A DNA stretch of 63,853 nt, filler included, from Octopus bimaculoides (taxonomy: Eukaryota): the NCBI RefSeq assembly GCF_001194135.2. It is 5 parts of 5 records of this genome, joined end to end, with 100 filler letters (N's around TTAATTAATTAA, not from the genome) between each part and the next. Parts side by side here need not be neighbours in the genome. Positions count along the whole stretch, not along the records: positions 1 to 14,411 come from NC_068986.1; 4 more parts are not named here. One strand, given 5' to 3'. A program made the position numbers and the translations under genes. The notes beneath the pieces were generated by a model, which was given only the letters and a program-made list of their open reading frames with translations, was not told the origin of the DNA and did no database searches. Positions 1 through 11,916 of this stretch are shown piece after piece (positions within the stretch are counted from its first letter, which is position 1; the number at the start of each line of letters is the position of its first letter).

Positions 1-916
1 ATATATATATATATATATATATATATGAATGTGTATGTGTATGTATGCATGTATACATATTGAGAGAGAGAGAGAAAAAACTTATACAGAGAGGGACGGA
101 TTGCAAGACCAGCAGAAAACAATATTACTAATATTTAGAATATTCAGGCTATGGCTGTTTCATCCATAATTATAATTATACATCATGTAACAATCACTTC
201 ATCGAGGATATCATCAGTAATGAGTATGATTTACAAAATTCAATGTTTAGATTGAAGATCCAAAGATAAATAAAATGGAATGAAAAGAATGGAATTAAAG
301 AGAAAAGATAAAGATTCAAAAAGAAGAAGAAATAAAAAGGAAGAAATATAAAATAAAGCATAAAATAATAAAACATAGAAATACAGAGTAAGTATTAGTA
401 TACATTTTCTGAAGTTGGACGTTGGAAAAATTAGGACAATAAATATCTGTCTAGATAATATCTCAGACTATCATTTAGATTCACGCGATGCTAATGGTTT
501 TTAGAATTTTCAACACTAAATTTAACGCCTTAATGAAGACTTCTGTATAAACAGATTTATAGATGCCGCTACGAACACATTAACACACGTGCATACATAA
601 AAGTAAGTATTCATATTATATTTATATCATTACACTTATAGTATGTATATATACGTATGTGCATGTGTGTGCGTACGTGTGTTTGTGTGTGTGCGTGTGT
701 GTGTGTGAGANNNNNNNNNNNNNNNNNNNNNNNNNNNNNNNNNNNNNNNNNNNNNNNNNNNNNNNNNNNNNNNNNNNNNNNNNNNNNNNNNNNNNNNNNN
801 NNNNNNNNNNAATCAAAAATAATCGAAAATATATCAACACTATTCAAATCGAAGTTCTATATATATGTATATATATATACACATATATATATGCATATAC
901 ATATATATGTATATAT

Positions 917-3498
917 TAGGGTTATGACTTTTTCACAACCTAATAACCCTATACTGTAAGCTGATAAATAATTTCATAAAAGTCAGGAAACTAACATTTG
1001 TTTTGCTTTATTTGAAAAAAAAAGTCACCCCAAACTTAGGAAATCGGTCACTAATTTTGACGCAAATCCTGCAAAATTCTAGTGGGATTCATAACGCCGA
1101 TTCAAGCTTTTACCAAACTTGGCGTGCCGACTCAATGCAATGCAGAAATAGCATATCTGAAATTTCAGCTTCTTGGTTGAAGTAGTTTCGGAGTTATGGG
1201 CTTTTAAAACTATAATCACTAGACGACCCTAGATTCACACTTCAGTATTTCCGCTGCCTAAATCCTTGTAGACGCAAGAAAGATTTGGAACAAAAATGTA
1301 TTTACACATTTTAAAGATTACTGAATTGAAGTTGCTCTATGCAAAGGTTCAAAACTAGACTATTTTAAACAGAGGCCACTACAAGCATTCGATAACATGC
1401 AAAATTAAAAACAAAACATATTTTTAACTTTATAGGTTTAATTCCAATTTCAAGTAACTGTATAAGAAAATGGATGCAGAATGTTAGCAAATTTTTAAAC
1501 ATAGCAAAGAATTAATGTGTTTTGTTAGATAGTTGAAGTTTCTCCTTCTTTTCACAAACATCATAAAGATCTTGAAAGCACTTGATTGCCCGTTTCTCAC
1601 TCTGATTTGCTCTGGGAATTTCTAGTTTTGATGGTTCTCGACTCCAAAAGTTTTTTATAGAGTTCTATGCTTTTTTATGAATTTGCAGGCTACCGCATAA
1701 CTTCCGATAATCATGTGCATTGAACATTTGGTCAGTAAGTCAAAAATTTGCACAGCTGTAAGTGATGAATCGACAAACATTGAGAAGAAAAACTCTTTAC
1801 TCTGGTAGTAGAATAAATGCCAAAAGAGGTATTATTGCTCGAGAATAGCATCTTGCATTACTTAAATTGGGTATTTTTTGAAACTTTACCGTAGGAAATT
1901 TACCAGTTTCTTCAAAGAAACGAAAATCTCTAGTCAAATGAAATAGAAATTTCATGGCATCTTGCCAGCCTGCTGATTCAGTAATCTTTTCTTCACGATT
2001 TTTGAAATTAGCCTGGAGTTTCTCGTAATTACTTAGAATCTCTATGGGATGAATGTATACTCAATATTGGGAGATGACTTTTCTTTCTCCGTTATCCATT
2101 ACAACTCAAAGAACTCTATCAATGATGTGATGCTTTCAAAACCTTTTGAGCATGCAGTTTTAACAACTGAATGACAATGACATTTCTTTTCCCCAGTGTT
2201 CACACTCGTTGTATCAGCGAAAATCATCTTTACACAGTTCCATAAATCGTATTCATCTAAAACAGCTATTATTCCTTTCACAACAGTATCGGCATGTCCA
2301 TTTGGTAATTGGAGTGCTTCTAACTTAACTTCTCTTTGTTCATTCTTTAAAAACTAGCACTTGATATTCTTGGTCATCAATACGTTTACCATCAAAATGC
2401 AATGACCAGTTTTCTAAAAACAACGTTTGCTTTTTTTTCATTTTCTTTTTTAGTTTAACAGCTTCTTTGATAGTCGATCTGTAAATATCAGATTGAGAAG
2501 GAGTCTCGACATTGATTCCATCTTGAGATAATTATCAACAAACTGTTGCTGCTTTTTGGGTTGAAAGCTTGGAAGATATTACTAACTTGGTTGCAGTTCC
2601 AGTTTTGCTATACTTCTTCCTTATTTGTGTGGCTTCTTCATCTGATTTTTCGGACTCTCGGTATTCACTTTCAGCCTCTGCTTCAGATGTTGACGATGAC
2701 ACTGGAGTTGCTCTGCTTGAAGTTGGCATTTAGGACACTTTTCTTCTTTTGGATGGATGGATGGATGGATGGATGGATGGATGGATAGATAGTTTTGAAA
2801 CTCGCTGCCTTTCCAGTAGCATACCCAACCTTTCCCTTGCTTTCAGTTTGAAGATAATATAACCTTCTATCCTCACAGCACAACCATTCACCGTTTTCTT
2901 TTGAGATGTTAAAACTTTCTTTCAATTAATCGTATTTTCCTCGTTTTACACATTTATCGTAGGTATTCAGTACTTTTTCTACTTTTGTCTGTACATTTTG
3001 AATTGGCAAATATGGGAAATTTAATTTCTTTTGCCATAAAAATGTTACTTCTTTCAAAATTTCCTTTGTTCTTTCTTTCCTTCCTTTAATGGAACCTCCA
3101 AGGAACAGGTAGCGACCGACAATTTGAAGTTTCATTGGTATCCTGCGGTTGTTTTTCCAAAGAATGCTCTTCTAGAGGAACAGGTCTTCTTTCCCTATGT
3201 GAGTCTTGAAATTGCACGAGATTCTCCGTCCAGATTTTTTGTTTCTTTGAGTGACACAAACACTTCTCTTATGAGATAAGCCCGCTATTCTGAAAAACAG
3301 TCAGACTTTTTAGCGTCACAGAAATAAAAAAGGAGAAGAAGAGGATATTTCCTAAAGTAGGGCCTAAGTGGTAGCAAATTAAAAACTCTATAACTCCTAC
3401 TAAACTACTTGAAGTTCAAAGCTGAAATTTGAGACATACTGCTTCTGCATTCCATTAAGTCAGCACACCAAGTTTGATAAAAGAAAATTGAGTAGGCG

Positions 3499-3502
<4 letters not shown>
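917..3502 (-). mobile_element. Decayed hAT-superfamily (hATm-like) DNA transposon, one end lost
   Basis: Starts with TAGGGT at 917. Imperfect ~110-bp subterminal inverted repeats at ~1091-1210 and ~3385-3502. Encloses a broken transposase. The right side stops abruptly at a (TA)n tract at 3501. Confidence 0.75.
1546..3290 (-). pseudogene. hATm-like DDE transposase pseudogene
   Basis: Manual minus-strand translation across stops/frameshifts gives WSLHFDGKR, FADTTSVNTG, HHIIDRVL (CxxH region), KIPNLSNARCYSRAI (RW-motif region) and NQSEKRAIK. A (GATG)n tract sits inside it at 2751-2786. Confidence 0.8.
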
Positions 3503-3533
<31 letters not shown>

Positions 3534-3534
<1 letters not shown>

Positions 3535-3795
3535 TGCTCTTTCTGCCCTTCTCTGTACATCGGTCAAATGAGACGCCGCGTAGCTGATCGGTTCGTGGAG
3601 CACCTCCGGGACATCAGACTCGGCAATAACACACCGGTCTCGCGCTGTTTCCGCTCTACCGGTCATTCACTATAACCCCTGTCTGTGTTCGGATTGTCTT
3701 TGCACAGGTGCCATCCGGACTCCCGCCTTCGCTGTGAACAGGAATTAATGTTCTCTCTTCGCTTCTTTGCGTCACATGGACTGAATGCTCCTCTC
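3534..3795 (+). pseudogene. GIY-YIG endonuclease fragment of a Penelope-like element
   Basis: CSFCPSLYIGQMRRRVADRFVEHLRDIRLGNNTPVSRCFRSTGHSL*PLSVFGLSLHRCHPDSRLRCEQELMFSLRFFASHGLN. It has the YIG, EH, EQ..F.L and GLN hallmarks, with one internal stop. Confidence 0.85.
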
Positions 3796-4290
3796 TTCAT
3801 TGATACTACCACCACTCTTCATCTGACACCTGTTTCCTCTCTTCACTCCTACCCACCTCTCCTCTCCTCATCTGACACCTACTACTTCTCTTCACTCCTA
3901 CCCACCTTCTCTCTTCATCGATAATACCCCCACCCCTACCATACACCTACATCCCCACCTCACACCACCACACCATCATCCGCACACCCACACACTATCT
4001 TCTACACACCCGCACATCATCTTCCACACACCCACACGTTACAGACGCACACACTTACACACGCACACATCCATACACGTCAAAGTCACTCGTCCCTATC
4101 CAAACACGCACAGTTACACATTCTCACATACACATATGCACGCACACCTTTGTTTTGTGATCATCAATACTTTAATATCTCTTCTTTCAACCTCTCCTAT
4201 CAAACCATTTTTTTCCAGCCAGTCGCCATGCCTGGCCGCTAAACCCACAAGTTTTTTTTAAATACTCTCTTTGTTTATTTTTCCTTATTC

Positions 4291-4326
4291 CTTTCTGTTG
4301 AAGAGCGTAAGCTCGGAGCATAAAAG
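4291..4326 (+). ncRNA. Degenerate minimal hammerhead-like motif (A6U family)
   Basis: CTTT-CTGTTGA-A-GAGC-GTAA-GCTC-GGAG-CA-TA-AAAG. Stem II is intact; GAAA is mutated to GGAG. Confidence 0.35.
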
Positions 4327-5299
4327 ACTGTCTCACTTTCCCGAGCTTGTTTTTCATACACCTATCTTCGTCTTTTGTTCTTCAGTAAATTTCAACTAAA
4401 TATATATNNNNNNNNNNNNNNNNNNNNNNNNNNNNNNNNNNNNNNNNNNNNNNNNNNNNNNNNNNNNNNNNNNNNNNNNNNNNNNNNNNNNNNNNNNNNN
4501 NNNNNNNNNNNNNNNNNNNNNNNNNNNNNNNNNNNNNNNNNNNNNNNNNNNNNNNNNNNNNNNNNNNNNNNNNNNNNNNNNNNNNNNNNNNNNNNNNNNN
4601 NNNNNNNNNNNNNNNNNNNNNNNNNNNNNNNNNNNNNNNNNNNNNNNNNNNNNNNNAAATAAGAAAAGAAAAAAAGGAAAATGTAAGATAGTAAATACTA
4701 GCACTGGTAATTTTTTTCATTAAGCAAGTTTTTTTTTTAATCAGGATCTTTTTTTATGAGTTCATGTATTTTGTACGACTTGTAGAATGATTATTAAAAC
4801 CCTGTAGTGCAGTTTATAAAATCTGATATAACATTTCTGCTTTCTTAAAATTGATGAACATTATTGCAAAATTGTTCCGAGTAACATCATACCTTTACAT
4901 GAGTTTTTGTTAATTTCATACTTAGAATTGCATTGAATGAGCTAAAAAAAAATGGAGAGTATCCCTTTACCATAATATAACCATGAAATTATGTACAGTA
5001 TCCCTTTACTATATTAAAAATCCCACGGAAATTGCAAAGAAATGTTATCATCGCATGAATATATACTTCATGTGTGATCTATCAACATGCGTTTTCCTCA
5101 ACTATACGTTAACAAAATTATATGTCTCCTATGTATTTACTGAGAAGTTTAGAACACAGCCTCCTACTGATTTAATTAGCTTACGCTATTCGACGGGCTA
5201 ATATCATACTAATCAACATATTGTTTATATGGCCTTACTTAGTGTCTGGACAATGTCTTATAATGCAACGTACGCTGTTTTGTTGTTTAATACAGTTAT

Positions 5300-5720
5300 T
5301 GTGGATGGGTTGGCCTAGCCTGAAATAATCCCTGATTGATCTGAGCATTGTTTGTACATTATACTTGTTACTTTTTCTTGGGGTACAAATGCGGTATCTA
5401 CGAGTAATCTAAATTCTTTTTTTTCTTTCGTGAATTGCTTTCTTTACGTTGCCTTTTATGCGTGTCGTGGACTCGGTACTCGGTGGTGCTATTGTATGTA
5501 ACACCAACTATTTTGTCTTATCTGGACGTGGTTCCTTAATGTTAAATGTGAGAGATAGTTATTTATTGACGTTAAAGGTTGTAGTTCATTAGGCGGGAGA
5601 CAGTAGGCTGGATCTGGTTGGGATTGAGTTACTTTTGCTGTTTTAGAGTCAATTTCCAAGGTCACTGATGGCCGTGCTACAATAGTTGGGCAGATGTTGC
5701 TGGAGAAAAGAGGACGAATG
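5300..5720 (-). pseudogene. Degenerate non-LTR retrotransposon RT C-terminal fragment
   Basis: Minus-strand reading KIVGVTYNSTTEYRVHDT...SIMYKTMLRSIRDY resembles the LGVTFD...LYKTxIRSxLDY thumb region of APE-type LINEs. Confidence 0.5.
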
Positions 5721-6245
5721 TAAATTTGATTTTATCTACAATGTTTTGTAAATGTTTCCATTTGGTGTGGGCAGGTCATGTATGTATGTGTGCATGTATA
5801 TATATGTATATATATGTATATGTATATATNNNNNNNNNNNNNNNNNNNNNNNNNNNNNNNNNNNNNNNNNNNNNNNNNNNNNNNNNNNNNNNNNNNNNNN
5901 NNNNNNNNNNNNNNNNNNNNNNNNNNNNNNNNNNNNNNNNNNNNNNNNNNNNNNNNNNNNNNNNNNNNNNNNNNNNNNNNNNNNNNNNNNNNNNNNNNNN
6001 NNNNNNNNNNNNNNNNNNNNNNNNNNNNNNNNNNNNNNNNNNNNNNNNNNNNNNNNNNNNNNNNNNNNNNNNNNNNNNNNNNNNNNNNNNNNNNNNNNNN
6101 NNNNNNNNNNNNNNNNNNNNNNNNNNNNNNNNNNNNNNNNNNNNNNNNNNNNNNNNNNNNNNNNNNNNNNNNNNNNNNNNNNNNNNNNNNNNNNNNNNNN
6201 NNNNNNNNNNNNNNNNNNNNNNNNNNNNNNNNNNNNNNNNATATA

Positions 6246-6281
<36 letters not shown>

Positions 6282-6399
6282 TGTATTATGTATGTATGTA
6301 TAGGTTGAAATGACATGCATATAGTATTTTATTCGGGAAATTGTAAACTTAAATGTTATCTATTAAACTTGATGTCATGTGACATAGTTAACCAGCAAC

Positions 6400-7035
6400 C
6401 ATTTTGCATTGTTTCTCAGGTAGGCATTATATAATTTGTGTTTAAGTAGACAGTGATATCAATCATAACTAAAATGGTGGGTCTGGAAGACTGTGGTTAG
6501 TGTCGTTTTTGTTTTTGTTTTTGTTATTGTTGTTGTTGTTGTTGTTGTTGTCGTCGTCGTCGTCGTCGTCGTTGTTGTTGAAGTTGTTTTGTATCCTCTG
6601 GCTTAGGTCTCTGGATATTATGGCGGTTGAGTGAAACAGTCTCGTGATTTGGAAAGAAGCATGTACGGATTAATGAGATCAAAGATAAGATTTTTCTAAA
6701 ATATTTAATTGTGTGCATAGAATAGTGATGGCCCGAGTGGTGCTGTTCATTTGGGGAGTGTTGGGCTTTTAAAATCGCGGTGATACTGCTTAGTGTTTAG
6801 ATTCTAGAAATTTAGGTATGTGCAACGAGTAGTAGTTGACTGAGACTGATGCGTTGGTAATCCTTCAAGTTATAGATATTCCATGCGCATGTGCCAGAGG
6901 TATTTCAGTTAATAATGTTTTTGTTTATTTTTGCTTTATGGCTGCATCTGCTTGTATTTGTTTTTTTTTTATTGATACGGAGTAGGTTGTGATGATAACT
7001 GGTAAGTGATCAAATGAAAATTGGAGGATTGTTGG
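6400..7035 (-). pseudogene. Degenerate LINE AP-endonuclease end and linker, interrupted by the Gypsy element
   Basis: SFDHLPVIIT (SDHxP motif) lies immediately left of the LTR. TSPSANTLGYHSHLA continues right of the other LTR (9523-9610). Confidence 0.5.
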
Positions 7036-7266
7036 TTTTATTTCCTTTTATGTTGGATATATAGCTTAACGAAGCAGGGGTAAAGAAAGTAATTAAACGA
7101 CGCACTGCTATTAATATTACACGAGACGCAGCGCCCTATATCAACGGCTCACAGTAAACTTCTTACCAACCCGAACTGCCAATCGCTCACAGTTCTTTAA
7201 TTTATAACAATAAGTCAGTCCACCTATAGTCAGTTGGGTGGTAGGGTCAGAATTCCTTCCACAACA
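7036..7266 (-). repeat. 3' LTR of Gypsy element
   Basis: Diverged direct repeat of 9294-9522. On the minus strand it begins TGTTGTGG, directly after the PPT. Confidence 0.9.
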
Positions 7267-7278
7267 TCTCTCCTTTTT
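7267..7278 (-). promoter_or_regulatory. Polypurine tract
   Basis: Minus-strand AAAAAGGAGAGA abuts the 3' LTR start. Confidence 0.75.
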
Positions 7279-7299
7279 ATAATCAGTCTCTCTTATCTT

Positions 7300-8230
7300 C
7301 TCCCCTTTTGAGGATTGAATTCCGCTCCGAGTTTTAATATCCCTTACGCTTAAGGTTCAATTCCAGTGTTTCTTTCATTTTTATAATGAATTTATCATTT
7401 TCCGATTATAATTTTATATCTTGTAAAGTAATTGACAGTTCACGAATAACGTTACACAAAACATTTTAAATTTCATTTTCCGCTCGTGAAGCAGTAATCA
7501 CGGTATCTTCAAATGGTTCCGCATTTTTCGAAATCAGTCTTAATAGACAATCAGCATGAACTAATTTCTTCAAATCATAGTTTAATAATATCGTGCCCCA
7601 GCGTTGCAGCCTATTAGCAGTATGAGTAGGGATTCCTTTTTTCGACACGAATATTGATATTAACGGGCGATGATCAGTCTGCAGAGGAAAACTTCTACCG
7701 CGTAAGAATTTGTGAAATTTTTTCACGGCAAAAATAATCGCTAGAGCTTTTTTCCGATTTGACTATAATTTTTCTCTGCTGATATCAGAGAACGTGAGGC
7801 ATGGATCACCGCCTTCATGTTACCATTTCTTTATTTCTGTAGCATTACTGCTCCTATACCGTACTCAGACGCGTCTGAAGCTACAATAATCTCCGCTGCA
7901 GGATTGAAGTGTGTTAACGATAAATCAAACGCCTTTTGACAATTTTCCGACCATTTCCACTTCATACCTTTTTTCAGCAGATTATTCAGGGGGAACCTCA
8001 CCTTATGCTTATTTGGAATATAATTTTGGCAATATGTTAATCCAAAATATTTGTTGGAGGGGCATATTTTTAATTGTATCTACCCTCGACGCGTCTGGTC
8101 GACGTCCGTTTTTGTCAAAAGTTTGTCCTAAATATCTTATCTAATCTCCCAATTTCTTCTATGTATCTGTGTTTATTATTGAGATATCGCTGCTGTATCA
8201 AATTATAACTTTACGTTCGTGTTATTAACT
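7300..8230 (-). pseudogene. Gypsy pol remnant (protease start fused to RT thumb and RNase H; integrase deleted)
   Basis: FDT(G)SDISIINTDT*KKLG is joined near 8145 to IRYLGQTFDKNGRRPD. It continues [55 protein letters not shown] and ANRLQRW. Confidence 0.85.
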
Positions 8231-8249
8231 TTTACATACACAGAATTCC

Positions 8250-9215
8250 TTTGAGGCTCGTTCGTATTTTTGTCACCGATAACCTGTTTACGTGATTTTT
8301 TCTGTTGAACCGTTTTTTAGGTTCTGTCCTACAATGCGACATTTTATGACCTATTTTGCCACACTTGAAACATTTTATATTTTAAAACGGGCAGTTATTT
8401 TTTAAATGTAGATCACCGCACTCATAATATGGCAACCTTTCTCTTCAATTTTATTTGCGTCGTGTCAAAGATTTATAATGCTCTGACATTCTTCTGCTAC
8501 TGCCTGCAGAGTTAAATTTTGGTCCTGTTCTAATTTTATTAATATCCGGGAACGTATATCTGCATCTTTGCAAGCAGTAAGTCCTGAACAAAAATTAAAC
8601 ACTTGACCATGTCCGGGGTCAGCTCATTCAATTTGAATTTCTCACACTCTCTGTTAACCACTGAGGCATCAGTGACGAAATCTTCATCATCTGTTTTGAT
8701 CAAATTTAAACATTACCAGCGAGTATTGTACAGGGAACTTCGTTCACTGAAAATTTTCGATGAAATATTGTTTCATCGTAACAAATCTTACCTGGCTTCT
8801 TCAGCAGAATATAATTACCATATTTTTTGTGTTCTGCAGCGGATATTTTTCTTAAAAGTAGTCGTACTTTTTTTCATCGGACCAACTTTTACACTCTTCT
8901 TCGAAGATTTCTTCATATCTTCGAATATATGCAGAGAAAGTAATCCCTTCTTCTGGTTTATAGCTGAATTCTTCAACTGAATTTGCTACGCTGTCTGACG
9001 AGTACGAACCTGAAGTATTTTCAGTCTTCTTCAACATTAATTCCATCAACTGTTGGTTTTGTTGTTGTTGTAGTTGCTGCTGTTGTTGCAATTGCTGCTG
9101 TAACTGCTGTTGCTACTGCTGTAGTTGCTGTTGTTGTTGCTACTGCTGCTGCTGCTACTGCTGCTACTGCTGTTTTTGCAACTGCACCATGGAGACCAAT
9201 AAATTCTCAACGTTA
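8250..9215 (-). pseudogene. Gypsy gag remnant with poly-Gln N-terminus
   Basis: QQQQ...NQQLMELMLKK...VEEFSYKPEEGITFSAYIRRYEEIF...KKVRLLLRKI...MVKCLIFVQGL...DIRSRILIKLEQD; frameshifted. Confidence 0.85.
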
Positions 9216-9282
9216 ACCAAGTTTTCTTTGGTTTCGTACCAAAAAAAAAAAAATTAAAACAACAAATGCAAGCTTCGAACAA

Positions 9283-9292
9283 CTCGTCGCCA
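9283..9292 (-). promoter_or_regulatory. Primer binding site
   Basis: Minus-strand TGGCGACGAG lies 1 nt after the 5' LTR. It is complementary to a tRNA 3' end; tRNA-Ser(GCT) ends ...CUCGUCGCCA (recalled, not checked). Confidence 0.8.
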
Positions 9293-9293
9293 C

Positions 9294-9522
9294 TTTTATA
9301 TCCTTATATGTTGGATATATAATTTAACGAAGCAGGGGGAAAAGAAAATAATTATACAACGCACTGCTATTACTATTACACGAGACTCAACGCTCTTCAC
9401 CAACGGCTCACAGTGAACTGCTTACCAACCCAAACTGCCAATCGCTCACAGTTCTTTAATATACATCAATAAGTCAGTCAACCTTTAGTCATTTTGTGGA
9501 TAGTCGGAATCCTTCCACAACA
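9294..9522 (-). repeat. 5' LTR of Gypsy element
   Basis: Direct repeat of 7036-7266. Confidence 0.9.
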
Positions 9523-10894
9523 GTTAGCTAAATGACTGTGATAGCCAAGTGTGTTAGCAGAAGGTGATGTTTAGGAATAATAGTTAGACTGATGGTTATG
9601 GTGATTTCAAGCAGACGACGATATTTCAGATTCACCGTTATCACGCATGTTTTTTAACCACTCACAAATTTTAGGCTAGTTTAACAATTTTAGATTAGTA
9701 TAACAAAAACACTTAAACATTTTGGATAAATCTCTATTACGTGTGTTAATTTATACAATCACAAATTTTCCTCAATCAGAAACTTTAGCCAATTAGAACC
9801 TAGTCGATATGTTAGTTTTCTTTTTGTTAGCTGTAACAGACGAGAAGATACATTGGTTTTCTTTCTCGTAGCTGTAAATAACATTTTTTGCACCTACAGG
9901 TATCCTGCTCTCTATTTCCTTTCCCTCTTACTATCGGGAAGCTTCTACCTTACTCTCGACTCGATAGAATAATTTAAACAATTTAAATGCACTTACATTT
10001 AACTACTTTTTCTCCTTATTGATGGTCTATTAACTCATCAAATACATTTGACTCTACAGCACTAATTATTTCATTGACACATAAACATGAAAATTTGCAA
10101 TTTTCCATAACGCATTTCTGCAGCAATAAATTATCAAAATGACGTCGATGTAACGTCTTCACAATCTCATTTATTTAAACGGTACATTGACTAATGTTGC
10201 ACTTTAAGATCTGATATTTTCCAGGTCTTAATTCTGTCTTACATGTATTCTCAAATCACGTGCTGTATAATCATTATTGCAGTGTACTATCAACCAGATC
10301 AGAAGAAGTGTATTTTTGTTGGTATTTAGAAAATAAAATAAAAAATTATATGTAACCAATTTTTGTCCATTATCTACGAGCAGTCTTTTATTATTTTCTT
10401 TTTAAAACTCCGTGTGTGTGCGTGTGTGTATGCGTGCGTGCGTGTGTGCGAGTGTATGTGTGTGTGTGTGCGTGTGCGCGCGCGCGTTTGTGTGTGTGTG
10501 TGTGTGTGTGTTGATTGTTTAGAAACTCACTTTCTTTAAAATGGTCAAATATAGAAGGTTATATTAAACTGAAGACTTGAAGACGTTTTGTAAATGATGT
10601 GGTTTAATTGTATTTGAGCGAGTATTTTGGTAAAGTCTTGCCTTTCTAGAGGTCTTCGTACTTCTTTCGGACACAGTAGTCTTATGTTGATTACATGATT
10701 AGTTGAATACCGTGTTTCTGTATTTTGAAATAATAACTCAACATGCATTCAAGACGGGGTGATCCTTTTTTTTTTCTTTTCTGACATATTATACTATTCA
10801 TAACAAAAATGCGTAGTACCTCGAAGCAATGTAAGAAAGAAGTAAAATAACAAAGCATTGAAGGTGGAGAGCGTAAAATGCAAAACGCAATAAA

Positions 10895-11030
10895 TTTAAT
10901 AACCTCTATGTTTCAGGTACAATGGCTCATCGTCAGAAATAAACAATCAAGAAATGTTTCTCTACCAGCATTAGACTAATGTTTGTCGATTTTTTACTTC
11001 CGAAGAGGGGTTTGTGTCTGAAATATAAAG
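10895..11030. repeat. Diverged inverted pair of PLE-terminus-like segments
   Basis: Arms ~10903-10948 and ~10987-11030 are weakly complementary. They carry CTGACGA...GAAAC (-) and CCGAAGA...GAAATATAAAG (+). Confidence 0.35.
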
Positions 11031-11916
11031 ATTTTTAAGCGTACTTTTTTTTTTGGTATTGTAAGAAGCTTGCCATATTAACAATTTTACTATACATGAT
11101 AATTTTGTCCCATTTATTAATTTAATTTTCAGACAGTAGGATAACATTTGAAGGTGATTATGTTGTTAATAATTTTAGCAACTTCAACGACTTTTTGTCT
11201 CATCAAATCATGGTTTCATATTTAACTTTGAAAACGCAACGCTTGTTTATATTTATTCTTTGCAACAGTTATTGCTGCCAAGAATCAACATAATGTTGAA
11301 CAATAAAAGCTGCTATAATGTGGAACTGTTGTTGCTTGTGCGTGTGCTTATTTCAAACTGATTTAAAATGATTCTTTAGTGTTGTTGGCAGATTTAAGGT
11401 ATAAATCTAATTTTCAAACGAGAAACTAGTTATTAGTTTAGGCTAGAATGTGAATATTAAAAGGAAACTTCATTTGGCTCATAAACCACATATATTTATT
11501 TGAGAGCAGAATTATGCGTTCAAGAGATTTATAACTCTGATATTATTTTACCGGACGGAATTGATAGTCTTGTGTGAAATGATAAATGAGAGGGAAGATA
11601 GAATCGATATTTGGCTTAAAGACTACCCTTCTCATTCTGAGATCATATCACATAACGTTTTCAAAATTTCAAGTGTCATTCTGTAGAACATATGTGATAT
11701 GTGCCAGTATGTGCGTGCTACCAATTTTTTTTGTATTTATGTATATCATGTATATATTATGCACATATGATGGACGCTCCAGTCGAAGATGACGTATGAG
11801 TGTTCAGGTTTTGCCGAACGACCAACACAAATGATTTGTGATCAAATGTATGCGCTGTACATTAGCTCACTCCCTCCATCAAACCGATGTTGCCTGAACA
11901 GGTGCACAGAGTCCAC

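Larger units (their letters stand above)
3534..4400 (+). mobile_element. 5'-truncated Penelope-like element (endonuclease end plus 3' UTR/pseudo-LTR) between two (TA)n tracts
   Basis: The GIY-YIG fragment is followed by a C/A-rich UTR and a terminal segment (4285-4385) also found at 29474-29668 (-) and 36775-36921 (+). Confidence 0.7.
7036..9522 (-). mobile_element. Internally deleted Ty3/Gypsy (Mag-like) LTR retrotransposon
   Basis: Two ~230-bp LTRs (7036-7266 and 9294-9522), PBS, PPT, a 5-bp TSD (GTTGG at 7031-7035, GTTAG at 9523-9527), and gag plus pol remnants. Confidence 0.9.
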
